From: Crocinitomicaceae bacterium | Lineage (GTDB): Bacteria > Bacteroidota > Bacteroidia > Flavobacteriales_D > Crocinitomicaceae | Length of the DNA: 64,000 nt | Direction of reading: 5' to 3' | Assembly: GCA_016708105.1 (NCBI GenBank) | Contig: JADJGJ010000005.1 | Coordinates: forward strand, 14,432 to 78,431 | Part shown: positions 1 to 7,608 of the stretch, piece by piece | How the letters are laid out: the number at the start of each line of letters is the position of its first letter | Position numbering within the stretch: position 1 is the first letter of the stretch | Position numbers and translations under genes: made by a program | The notes under the pieces: generated by a model | Databases searched by the model: none | What the model was told of the DNA's origin: nothing | The model's input: the letters and a program-made list of their open reading frames with translations, nothing else

Positions 1-3000
1 CTGCAACAATAAAATAATCGGCAGTTTCTTCCAGCGCAACTACCACTTTGCCATTGTAGGTGTCTTGCTCATCTTGCGGTTTCACAGCTTGCGTAGCGTT
101 CTTAATCAGGTTATTGAATACACGCAACATTAAATCTTTATCAGCCCATACAATGGATGGTTTTGAACGGTCAACCTGCAATTCAAGTTCGTATTCATCA
201 TTCTCTTCAAATACAGTTGCCGCCGCGTAGAGTAGTTCAGCTAAATTAATTTCATTCTCTGCGGCTTTCGGCATTTTAGCAAAGTTTGAAAATTCGTTGG
301 CAATTTGTGTAAGGGCATCAATTTGATCAATGAGCGATTTTGTTACCCGTTCAAGTTTTTCTTTTGAATCTTCATCAGCTAATTGAACTGAGCGTTTCAA
401 ATGTTGAATGGATAATTTCATTGGTGTGAGCGGATTTTTAATTTCATGCGCAACCTGTTTTGCCATTTCTCTCCAAGCACTTTCACGTTCACTTTTTGCT
501 AATTGTTCAGCGTTAATTTGTAATTCTTCAACTTTTTTATTGTACTCTTTCACCAGCTCACCAATTTCATCAGAACCTGCATATTCAATAGGTTTGGATA
601 CTGCTCCAATTTGAATGCTGCGCAAACTATCCTGAATATATTTCAGTGGACGCGTGAGGCGATTAGATAAAGTAATGGCTAAAATAGTTGACAAGGCAAG
701 CATTAAAACCATGATGTTGACAATAGCCAATAAGAAACCTGAAATTTGATTTTCAAGTTCGCCCTGTCGTGAAATGTACTGTACGTTTAAATAGGCAAGC
801 ATTTCTCCCTTATTATTAAAAAACGGCATGTAGGCTGACAAATAACTCAAGGCACCAATGCGCTCGTCATGGATAAATTCACTGCGGTGCAAATAATGAA
901 TTTGACGATAAGCTTCAGGATTCATTTTGCGTGAAAGAATTCCTTTAGAATATATTTTTGGTTGTGATGATGCCAGCAAATCTCCATCCAACGTGTACAA
1001 GTTGATGTCAGTTAAAAATATCGTGCTGAATTTTTTGAGAAGATATTCAAGATAATCTGAAAGTTCATGCCGCAGCTCTTTTTCATCTTTTAATTTATTT
1101 TGAAATTCAGTGCGTACTGAGGTGATTTTTTCATTGATCAATCCTTTGTTATTTTCATGATACTGCTCAGCCACAAAGGTTCCGGCACCAATACCAAATG
1201 CAACCAGTGAAATCAAAATGAGACCAATCATCACGGCTTGAATTTTCACATTCATTTTCATACTGCGAAATGAAAATCCCTTCATGAATTGTTGGTAACC
1301 AAGCGGAATTAAAAGCAAGACACCAAAGATGATTAGCAAATACGAAAAGGAAGTAAAAAGGGCGTATGCAGCGCTTACTTTTTTGCTCATCACCACGGTG
1401 TGTCCGTTCTCATATTCGTAGGTGTAATGGCTATATCCATCAATGATTTCAAATTGATTTACCTTTTTGAAATGATCTGTGCAGTGTAATGGATAAGCAT
1501 ATTCTCCTTTATGGTTCACCAACTTATCATCTACAAATTTTGCAATAGAATAGTGCTTGAGTTGATCTGAAAATTTTACCGGTTCTTCAAGTAACAAAGA
1601 GGGTAACCCAATGTCTTCCGGGAATTTTTTAGATCGCATTTCAGTGAATAGGTGCCCATGCAGCGAGTCGCCTGATGAAACAAGGTAATGTGCCAGATAA
1701 GTTAATTTATCACGGTAATCTCTGATGTAATAAATATGACTTGCAGAGTCAGTACGAATGCCTGAATCACGAATAATTTCAACCAGTCGGTCATATCCTT
1801 TTACATCATAATTTTTAAAATCATCTACAATAGATTTATCGCGTTTGAAGAGCGAAAAAGTGAGATCATATTTATTTCGGAGTCGTCTGAATGGCCCGGC
1901 TTCTAATTCTTCACTCAATTTTTTCTGGCTAAATTGACCAGAGAAATAGGGGAGTAGAAAATTAGTTTTGCTTAATTCACGTTCAACTTCGCTGTAATCA
2001 AATTCGGCCGTTTCATCACGGTCATCAGCAATAATTTCTGCGAGTTTTTGCCGTATTTCAGTCTCTTTTGCGTCATTATATCCTTTCAAAATAAATGAGG
2101 CGTAAAAAGAAATAAATGCAAGTGCTGAAACTACGTGTACAAATTTATACTCGCGGTCTTTGTATTGAAACAGCAGTAGAATGCCGCTCAACAAAACCGG
2201 CCACACTGAGGTTAACAAAGAATGCTCTGCGTAAATCTGATCTAGTCCTATATAACAAATAGAAATAATGAACCAGGCAAATGCCAGCCGATTGAGTTCA
2301 AATGCTGATTTTCTTAATTGTATAACTACATATTGGATGAGCAGAAAATAGGTGTAAAAAGCAATACCTATTAAGGCAATACTCACAAATGAATAGATGT
2401 CAAGATCAAAAAGATATTCAAGATCAAAATTGATTTGTGAATCATTCACCAAATCACGTATGAGTGTATTGATTTCAAATGCTACGTAAAATGAAACCAG
2501 AAAAAGCGGAAGCAGAAATACAGCAAGCTTCAACTTGATATTACCTTGTTTAAACCAGTTGCGAGTGCGCTTGAGTAAAAAATTTACCAGCAAATAAAAT
2601 ATGGAAAGATTGACGATGAGATCACCCAATGAAGGCACACTTTCTGAAGCAAAAAGTTCGGGCATAAAAATTTCAAAGTCAGACAGCGGTCCCAGCCAGC
2701 CTAACTGAATCCATGCATAACGCAAAACTACCAGCGCAATTGGAAATATAACCAGCAGGTATGATTTGCGAATGAGTAATTTCTGAAAACTATTAATGAG
2801 CAGTTGAATCAGAATTAAAAATGAAATCAGATAACAAAAAAAGATGACTAATTCTATGGAACTGTTGCGCTCATAGGTTTCAAGCGGGGCAATGTTGAAA
2901 ATGGGTTTGTTGTATTTATTGTGCACCGGAAAACCTTCACCATCTAAAACAATACGCCCTTTGAAATCAGGCATCAGGTGAGGAGAAAACATGTTCACCA

Positions 3001-3469
3001 GTTCATCATTTTCAAAATCATATTCATATTTGATGAGCATGCAGGCAACATATCGCTTATTGCCCGCAGTAAGGTATTCAAATTTGTACCATCCGTTTGA
3101 GAGCAGCACAATATTTCCATCTTGAATATAGGTGTCCCATTCGTTGGCTAAAGGAATACTGCTGGATGTCCACAAGGTAAGCGTGTCATCAGTGTAAATG
3201 AAATAATCAGTATGTGTTTCATCAGCAAAGTAGCGTGCGTACTCAAACTGCTCAAGTTCGGTGTTTTTTGACTCAACACCGGTGACAAGATTTTGAAGAT
3301 TTATTTCAAGTTCAGCGCATTTATTTTGAAAGGCTACTTCAAATTCTTGCACATCTTCTTCCGTGACGGTGTACTTGAGAAAATTTTCATGGAGAATAAA
3401 AGCAATGATCCAAAGCAGAAATCCCGCAATGGCTGACCAGATAAATTTGCTTTTATACTTTTGGTTCAT
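1..3469 (-). CDS. Multi-pass membrane sensor histidine kinase; 3' end lies beyond the left window edge
   Basis: Absent from the ORF track because no stop codon lies inside the window. My translation of the minus strand from ATG 3469 gives MNQKYKSKFIWSAIAGFLLWIIAF..., many hydrophobic segments, an NtrY-type H-box WREMAKQVAHEIKNPLTPMKLSIQHL (His codon at 446-448) and the start of an HATPase domain (LMLRVFNNLIKNATQAV...GKVVVALEETADYFIVA) at position 1. Confidence 0.85.
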   Translation of the reverse strand, partial: MNQKYKSKFIWSAIAGFLLWIIAFILHENFLKYTVTEEDVQEFEVAFQNKCAELEINLQNLVTGVESKNTELEQFEYARYFADETHTDYFIYTDDTLTLWTSSSIPLANEWDTYIQDGNIVLLSNGWYKFEYLTAGNKRYVACMLIKYEYDFENDELVNMFSPHLMPDFKGRIVLDGEGFPVHNKYNKPIFNIAPLETYERNSSIELVIFFCYLISFLILIQLLINSFQKLLIRKSYLLVIFPIALVVLRYAWIQLGWLGPLSDFEIFMPELFASESVPSLGDLIVNLSIFYLLVNFLLKRTRNWFKQGNIKLKLAVFLLPLFLVSFYVAFEINTLIRDLVNDSQINFDLEYLFDLDIYSFVSIALIGIAFYTYFLLIQYVVIQLRKSAFELNRLAFAWFIISICYIGLDQIYAEHSLLTSVWPVLLSGILLLFQYKDREYKFVHVVSALAFISFYASFILKGYNDAKETEIRQKLAEIIADDRDETAEFDYSEVERELSKTNFLLPYFSGQFSQKKLSEELEAGPFRRLRNKYDLTFSLFKRDKSIVDDFKNYDVKGYDRLVEIIRDSGIRTDSASHIYYIRDYRDKLTYLAHYLVSSGDSLHGHLFTEMRSKKFPEDIGLPSLLLEEPVKFSDQLKHYSIAKFVDDKLVNHKGEYAYPLHCTDHFKKVNQFEIIDGYSHYTYEYENGHTVVMSKKVSAAYALFTSFSYLLIIFGVLLLIPLGYQQFMKGFSFRSMKMNVKIQAVMIGLILISLVAFGIGAGTFVAEQYHENNKGLINEKITSVRTEFQNKLKDEKELRHELSDYLEYLLKKFSTIFLTDINLYTLDGDLLASSQPKIYSKGILSRKMNPEAYRQIHYLHRSEFIHDERIGALSYLSAYMPFFNNKGEMLAYLNVQYISRQGELENQISGFLLAIVNIMVLMLALSTILAITLSNRLTRPLKYIQDSLRSIQIGAVSKPIEYAGSDEIGELVKEYNKKVEELQINAEQLAKSERESAWREMAKQVAHEIKNPLTPMKLSIQHLKRSVQLADEDSKEKLERVTKSLIDQIDALTQIANEFSNFAKMPKAAENEINLAELLYAAATVFEENDEYELELQVDRSKPSIVWADKDLMLRVFNNLIKNATQAVKPQDEQDTYNGKVVVALEETADYFIVA

Positions 3470-4097
3470 CTGTTAATTCCAGTTTTTTAGCAATAACGGA
3501 GGTGAGTATATGAATATTTTCATCAAATGATTCATTATTGGTAATTACCAAATCAGAGGCATCTTTATGGGGCAGAATGAAATGGTGAAATGATGGCAAT
3601 ACATGATTTTTCCATTGATATAAAATCTGCGCTTCAGTATAATTGCGTTCATTCATATCTCTGCTTAGACGTCTCTTCAACTGCAATTCAGGTTCAACAG
3701 AGAGAAAAACTTTATAATCAAGCAGATCTTTTACAAAGGGATAGTGCATCACAAAAAGACCTTCAACTATTAGCAGTTCTTTAGGTTCAATGCGCGCTTT
3801 GTTTTTAGGTGCTTCAGGATTATTGAAGCCGTAAATATCATGTTCAATCACGTTGCCTTCAAGCAGATATTCAAGATCCATTTGAATGCGGTTTTGATCA
3901 AGTGCGGTTGGTAAATCAAAGTTGATCACACCATTTTCATCTACCCATTGATGTTCTTTTGGCAGGTAATAATTATCCAATGAAAAAGTAGAAACCCGGT
4001 TCTGGAATTCATGGTATAATTTCTGAATGAGTGTAGTTTTACCAACTCCGCTTCCGCCGGTAATACCAACTATAAATTTTATTTTTTGCTTATTCAC
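3453..4097 (-). CDS. udk: Uridine kinase
   Basis: P-loop GITGGSGVGKTTL with a uridine-kinase-like body. The frame is open to 4184, but GTG at 4097 (VNKQKIKFIVGITGG) gives the usual ~214 aa and leaves room for the divergent promoter box at 4164-4171. The stop overlaps the kinase start by 17 nt. Confidence 0.85.
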   Translation of the reverse strand: MNKQKIKFIVGITGGSGVGKTTLIQKLYHEFQNRVSTFSLDNYYLPKEHQWVDENGVINFDLPTALDQNRIQMDLEYLLEGNVIEHDIYGFNNPEAPKNKARIEPKELLIVEGLFVMHYPFVKDLLDYKVFLSVEPELQLKRRLSRDMNERNYTEAQILYQWKNHVLPSFHHFILPHKDASDLVITNNESFDENIHILTSVIAKKLELTDEPKV

Positions 4098-4163
4098 AAA
4101 AATGCAGGTGATTAAAGAGTTCCGAAAAATACGAAAAATCGCCCATTGAACATTGGAATCACG

Positions 4164-4171
4164 TAAATTTG
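4164..4171 (+). promoter_or_regulatory. Bacteroidota -7 type promoter box TAAATTTG
   Basis: Matches TAnnTTTG and lies 25 nt upstream of ATG 4197. Confidence 0.45.
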
Positions 4172-4196
4172 AGCAAATGTCCAACCACCGCCATTT

Positions 4197-4493
4197 ATGA
4201 CAGAAAATAAAGTGAATCTTGCCTTGCAGGTGCTGCCAGTTTCAGAAACCAAGCATCCTTATGCTATTGTTGACAAGGCAATTGGGGTAATCCAAAAATC
4301 AGGTTTGAAATTTCAAGTTTGTCCCTTTGAAACCGTTATTGAAGGTACTTGGAATCAAGTGATGCAAGTTGTGCGTGAAGTGCATGAAACTTGTTATGCC
4401 AATGAAACTGATAAGATGATGATGTATATCAAAATTCAATCAGACAGCAAACGTGATGTGACTATTGATGATAAGATGGAGAAGTATGGGTAA
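4197..4493 (+). CDS. MTH1187/YkoF-family thiamine-binding protein (UPF0045)
   Basis: 98 aa. The pattern LQVLPVS...AIVDKAIGVIQKSGLKFQVCPFETVIEGTWNQVMQVV is typical of this small family. Confidence 0.8.
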   Translation: MTENKVNLALQVLPVSETKHPYAIVDKAIGVIQKSGLKFQVCPFETVIEGTWNQVMQVVREVHETCYANETDKMMMYIKIQSDSKRDVTIDDKMEKYG

Positions 4494-4523
4494 ACGACCA
4501 ATGGCAATGGATACAATTTTGCA

Positions 4524-4613
4524 TTACTCATTGCTTTTTTTTCTCAATAGACGCAGTAATTTTTTAGGATTTTGCCGATTGTCCCAGAAAGCGGTTATAA
4601 TGATATTGGTTTT
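4524..4613 (-). pseudogene. Displaced 3' fragment of the RelE/ParE toxin gene
   Basis: The minus strand translates to KTNIIITAFWDNRQNPKKLLRLLRKKSNE*. This is the canonical C-terminus missing from the toxin ORF at 4855-5163. It has the same orientation and is preceded by the same KTN codons. Confidence 0.7.
4605..4613. repeat. Target-site duplication copy 1 (ATTGGTTTT)
   Basis: Perfect 9-bp direct repeat of 4924-4932, flanking the inserted element. Confidence 0.7.
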
Positions 4614-4923
4614 CACTATTGTCCGGGGAAAAAGTAAAATATTCAGATAAAGCTTCCCCGGCCATCAAAAAAGATAGGTGAATTGCGATTCTTAGTAAGG
4701 ACGGGCCGCAGATACGTTCCTTCAATTACAATGTTCCGGAGTCCGCACTTAGAATTTGCAAGAAGTATTGCCCTGCTTTTTGCGGGCCTGATTTTTCTTT
4801 GGGTCAAGCCAAAGAAGAAAACATAAAACCGAAACCAGTAAGCCCCACGGTTGATTATTTATTGAAATCAATTGGTGCCATTGGTTTCAAAGTCGTTCTA
4901 AAATATTTTATCGGACAGTAATG
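4614..4923. mobile_element. 310-bp non-autonomous MITE-like insertion
   Basis: Bounded by the 9-bp direct repeat ATTGGTTTT. Terminal inverted repeats are CACTATTGTCCGG (4614-4626) and CATTACTGTCCGA (reverse complement of 4911-4923), matching 10/13. It has no transposase-sized ORF and many internal hairpins. Removing it restores the toxin ORF. Confidence 0.65.
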
Positions 4924-5163
4924 ATTGGTTTTGGTGATTTTATAAAAAACACTAAAATGACCAAGGACAGACACATGCGTGTCAGGGTAGTTTACACTCT
5001 TGAATGAATAGGGATTTTTGTGAATAACGGAGATTTGCTCTGCAATAAGTTTGATCAATTTTTCGGCGTATAATGTTGTACCATTTCTTTCAATCCAGTA
5101 TTTCAATATTTCCCTTCGCTGTATTACAGCTGTGTTGGTCCAAACTACTGTTCTTTTAACCAT
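4855..5163 (-). CDS. RelE/ParE-family type II toxin with its C-terminus replaced by element-derived sequence (probably inactivated)
   Basis: MVKRTVVWTNTAVIQRREILKYWIERNG...HFSVFYKITKTN is typical of Bacteroidota RelE/ParE toxins. The last 22 aa (HYCPIKYF...) are read from the inserted element. Confidence 0.75.
   Translation of the reverse strand: MVKRTVVWTNTAVIQRREILKYWIERNGTTLYAEKLIKLIAEQISVIHKNPYSFKSVNYPDTHVSVLGHFSVFYKITKTNHYCPIKYFRTTLKPMAPIDFNK
4924..4932. repeat. Target-site duplication copy 2 (ATTGGTTTT)
   Basis: Perfect 9-bp direct repeat of 4605-4613. Confidence 0.7.
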
Positions 5164-5387
5164 TTCAAATCTGATTTATCAAGTTGAGATTGAGAAATCA
5201 CATTTCTCTCTGCGATATCTTTTTCGCTCATATTCAACATGACAATCTGTTCATTGGTGAGTTTTACTTTATCACTCTCTGCAGCACTGTTATTAACCAA
5301 TTGGAATAATGCGTTTAGGTAATCCTTATTGGAAATGGTCATAAGTTTTTCAATAATGCCATTGCGGATGTGATCAACTGAAGTCAT
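5145..5387 (-). CDS. Putative antitoxin of the RelE/ParE module
   Basis: 80 aa. It lies immediately upstream of the toxin and overlaps it by 19 nt. The sequence resembles the small antitoxin partners found with these toxins in Bacteroidota. Confidence 0.65.
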   Translation of the reverse strand: MTSVDHIRNGIIEKLMTISNKDYLNALFQLVNNSAAESDKVKLTNEQIVMLNMSEKDIAERNVISQSQLDKSDLKWLKEQ

Positions 5388-5702
5388 GACGTATTATTTA
5401 ATTAGTAAAGGTATGAAAAAAAAGTGATTTGAATTTTGTTCTTGAACTTTCCTATCATCACATTAGCACCTATTTCAGGACTTTTGTTTTCTGTTGTACT
5501 TTGTGCTTAATATTTGAGTTCAGGGGATACCATTTATACACAAAAGACTGCAGGGACATGAATGACCGTGAGGACAGTTTATTGTCCCTCCATGTCCTTA
5601 CTGTCCTTATTGCTATTACCCCCTATCAAAATTTACAAATCCAACTTCTCTGCAACAACTTTTCTCTTTATCTTCATTGCCTGTTATTAATTTAAAACTC
5701 TG

Positions 5703-6287
5703 ATGGCAAAAACTACATCCAAATCATTATCAGAAAAAGATCAACGTGATTTACTGGAAAAACTTGAACAGCGTTTCACAAAAAACATGCAACGACACAA
5801 AGGCATTGAATGGAAAAAAGTAGTAGATCAATTGAAAAAAAATTCAGCTTTTTTGATGACCCTTCACAAGATGGAATCTACAGGCGGAGAACCAGATATT
5901 GTTCTGCTAACTGATAAAAAAGAGGAACTCTTTTTTGTTGATTGTGCGGCTGAAACGCCGGTGGGAAGAAGAAGTTTGTGCTATGATCGTGCAGGCCTTG
6001 AATCACGAAAAGAAAATCGTCCGGTGAACAGTGCAATGGATTTGGCAAATGAAATTGGCATTGAAATGTTGGATGAGGATCAATACAGAAAATTGCAATC
6101 GGTTGGAAAGTTTGATACTAAAACGTCAAGTTGGTTAAAAACTCCTGCTGAAATCAGAAAACTGGGCGGTGCTATTTTTGCAGATTTTAGATTTGGACGT
6201 GTTTTTGTTTATCACAACACCGCCCAATCATACTATGGCAGTAGGGCATTCAGAGGATTTGTAAAAATTTCACATAACATAAAATGA
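5703..6287 (+). CDS. DUF4256 domain protein
   Basis: 194 aa. Motifs MESTGGEPDIV, RRSLCYDR, GKFDTKTSSWLKTP and YHNTAQSYYGSRAFRG match my recollection of DUF4256. Confidence 0.7.
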   Translation: MAKTTSKSLSEKDQRDLLEKLEQRFTKNMQRHKGIEWKKVVDQLKKNSAFLMTLHKMESTGGEPDIVLLTDKKEELFFVDCAAETPVGRRSLCYDRAGLESRKENRPVNSAMDLANEIGIEMLDEDQYRKLQSVGKFDTKTSSWLKTPAEIRKLGGAIFADFRFGRVFVYHNTAQSYYGSRAFRGFVKISHNIK

Positions 6288-7504
6288 AAGAAGCAATGAA
6301 TTTTTCAGAGATTAAAAACCACTGTAATCACGTATCGAAAATAAGTGCTGAATTGATTGATAAATATCTTTTGTATTATGCTGCTGAGCGTGAAAATTTG
6401 GAACCATACATGAATGCCCAAATAAAAAAATATAAACAGGCATCACGTGAATTACATCCAAGCTCATTGAATATTTTTAAATCAGAATTTATTGCGCATC
6501 GCATATTTAAAAAAGACGGACTTGTTCATCGGTATTTGCAACAAAGTGAAATTAAAAAAATTCCTGCTGAGCAATTTGAATTCCTTCAAGCGAACGCTGC
6601 AAAACCATGGAGATATTGTTTTGCTCAATTACTGGACAATCCTGAGAATGAATTTTTCAAGATGATTGACGTTTTTACCGGTGAAGAATTTCTGCTCTAT
6701 TCAAGAAGTATTCAGCAAACTCTGACTGAAATGAATCCGCGCTTGTGGTTTTTGTTGATTTCAGATAATGGAATGTGCTATCAAACATTCGGACTTGTTG
6801 TACCACTGAATTCATTTTTACCGGATGATATTTATTTTTTTGGAACTGAAATAAACCCTGATATTGACAGTGATGAAAAACTCATGAATGAGTTAGAGAA
6901 AAATCCATTCCCTTTCTTTATGTTGACAATCGTGGCTTCTCACCCTGTGGTTTATTCGGGTGATCATGAGATGAGAATTTGTCAGGCATACGATGATTAT
7001 TTGAATTTTGATACCAAGAAACTGGAAAAAGATTTTGAAATTGAATTGCGCAATGGAGTTTACAAATTGTCTCTGCGCCATTGGACCGAAAATCCACATT
7101 TTGCTATTGCTTATTTTGATACGATCGAAAATTGTTTACTCAGAACTGCCTTCACCTATGAAGGTTTTTACAAACTCACTGAAGCTATGGAACAATATGG
7201 ATTGGCACTAAACGCTGAACCTGATATTAGCGTCACTCCTACCATCATCAACACCGGAAGCAAAATTCTGAATAAAAAAATTCAGTATAATCCGTATGAC
7301 AAATTGTTTGTTACGGACAAAAAACAAGAGAATGATGAATCCCTCAAAAAAATGAATCAGTTTACACAGAAACTTGTGCATGTAATTAATTCAGGCAAAG
7401 AAATTGACATTAAAAAATTGGCTGACGATGCCGGCATTTCTGAGGAAACAGCAAATCAACTTTACTCCAGCTTTAAAGAAAATTTAGCAAAAAAGAAGGG
7501 TTAA
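6284..7504 (+). CDS. Hypothetical protein with no recognisable domain
   Basis: 406-aa ORF whose ATGA start overlaps the DUF4256 stop. Codon usage looks coding. Confidence 0.6.
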   Translation: MKEAMNFSEIKNHCNHVSKISAELIDKYLLYYAAERENLEPYMNAQIKKYKQASRELHPSSLNIFKSEFIAHRIFKKDGLVHRYLQQSEIKKIPAEQFEFLQANAAKPWRYCFAQLLDNPENEFFKMIDVFTGEEFLLYSRSIQQTLTEMNPRLWFLLISDNGMCYQTFGLVVPLNSFLPDDIYFFGTEINPDIDSDEKLMNELEKNPFPFFMLTIVASHPVVYSGDHEMRICQAYDDYLNFDTKKLEKDFEIELRNGVYKLSLRHWTENPHFAIAYFDTIENCLLRTAFTYEGFYKLTEAMEQYGLALNAEPDISVTPTIINTGSKILNKKIQYNPYDKLFVTDKKQENDESLKKMNQFTQKLVHVINSGKEIDIKKLADDAGISEETANQLYSSFKENLAKKKG

Positions 7505-7608
7505 AAGGAATAATACAGTTATCCAAATATTACATTTTCTTTCATGCGAATACAACTCGCCCATCCAATTTAATTCCTCTCTCTCACACTCATTCTCGCA
7601 CTGTCATC

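Noticed and set aside
408-614. A 68-aa plus-strand ORF.
   Set aside because: It lies antisense to the H-box region of the histidine kinase, and its composition is low-complexity.
4098-4196. A TPP riboswitch upstream of the thiamine-binding-family gene.
   Set aside because: The leader is under 30 nt after the promoter box, and I found no CUGAGA / ACCUGAUCUGGAUAAUGCCAGCG-like motifs.
4465-4650. A 61-aa plus-strand ORF.
   Set aside because: It lies antisense to the displaced toxin C-terminal fragment and runs into the MITE end. It has no supporting signals.
4640-4800. A structured RNA (SRP RNA, 6S or a riboswitch), suggested by long imperfect stems.
   Set aside because: No SRP or 6S signature motifs are present. 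The stems are better explained as internal inverted repeats of the MITE-like element at 4614-4923.
5429-5695. An 88-aa ORF in the TA / DUF4256 intergenic region.
   Set aside because: It is Cys/Leu/Phe-rich with no recognisable features. It spans the TGTCC hairpin cluster and the likely promoters of both flanking genes.
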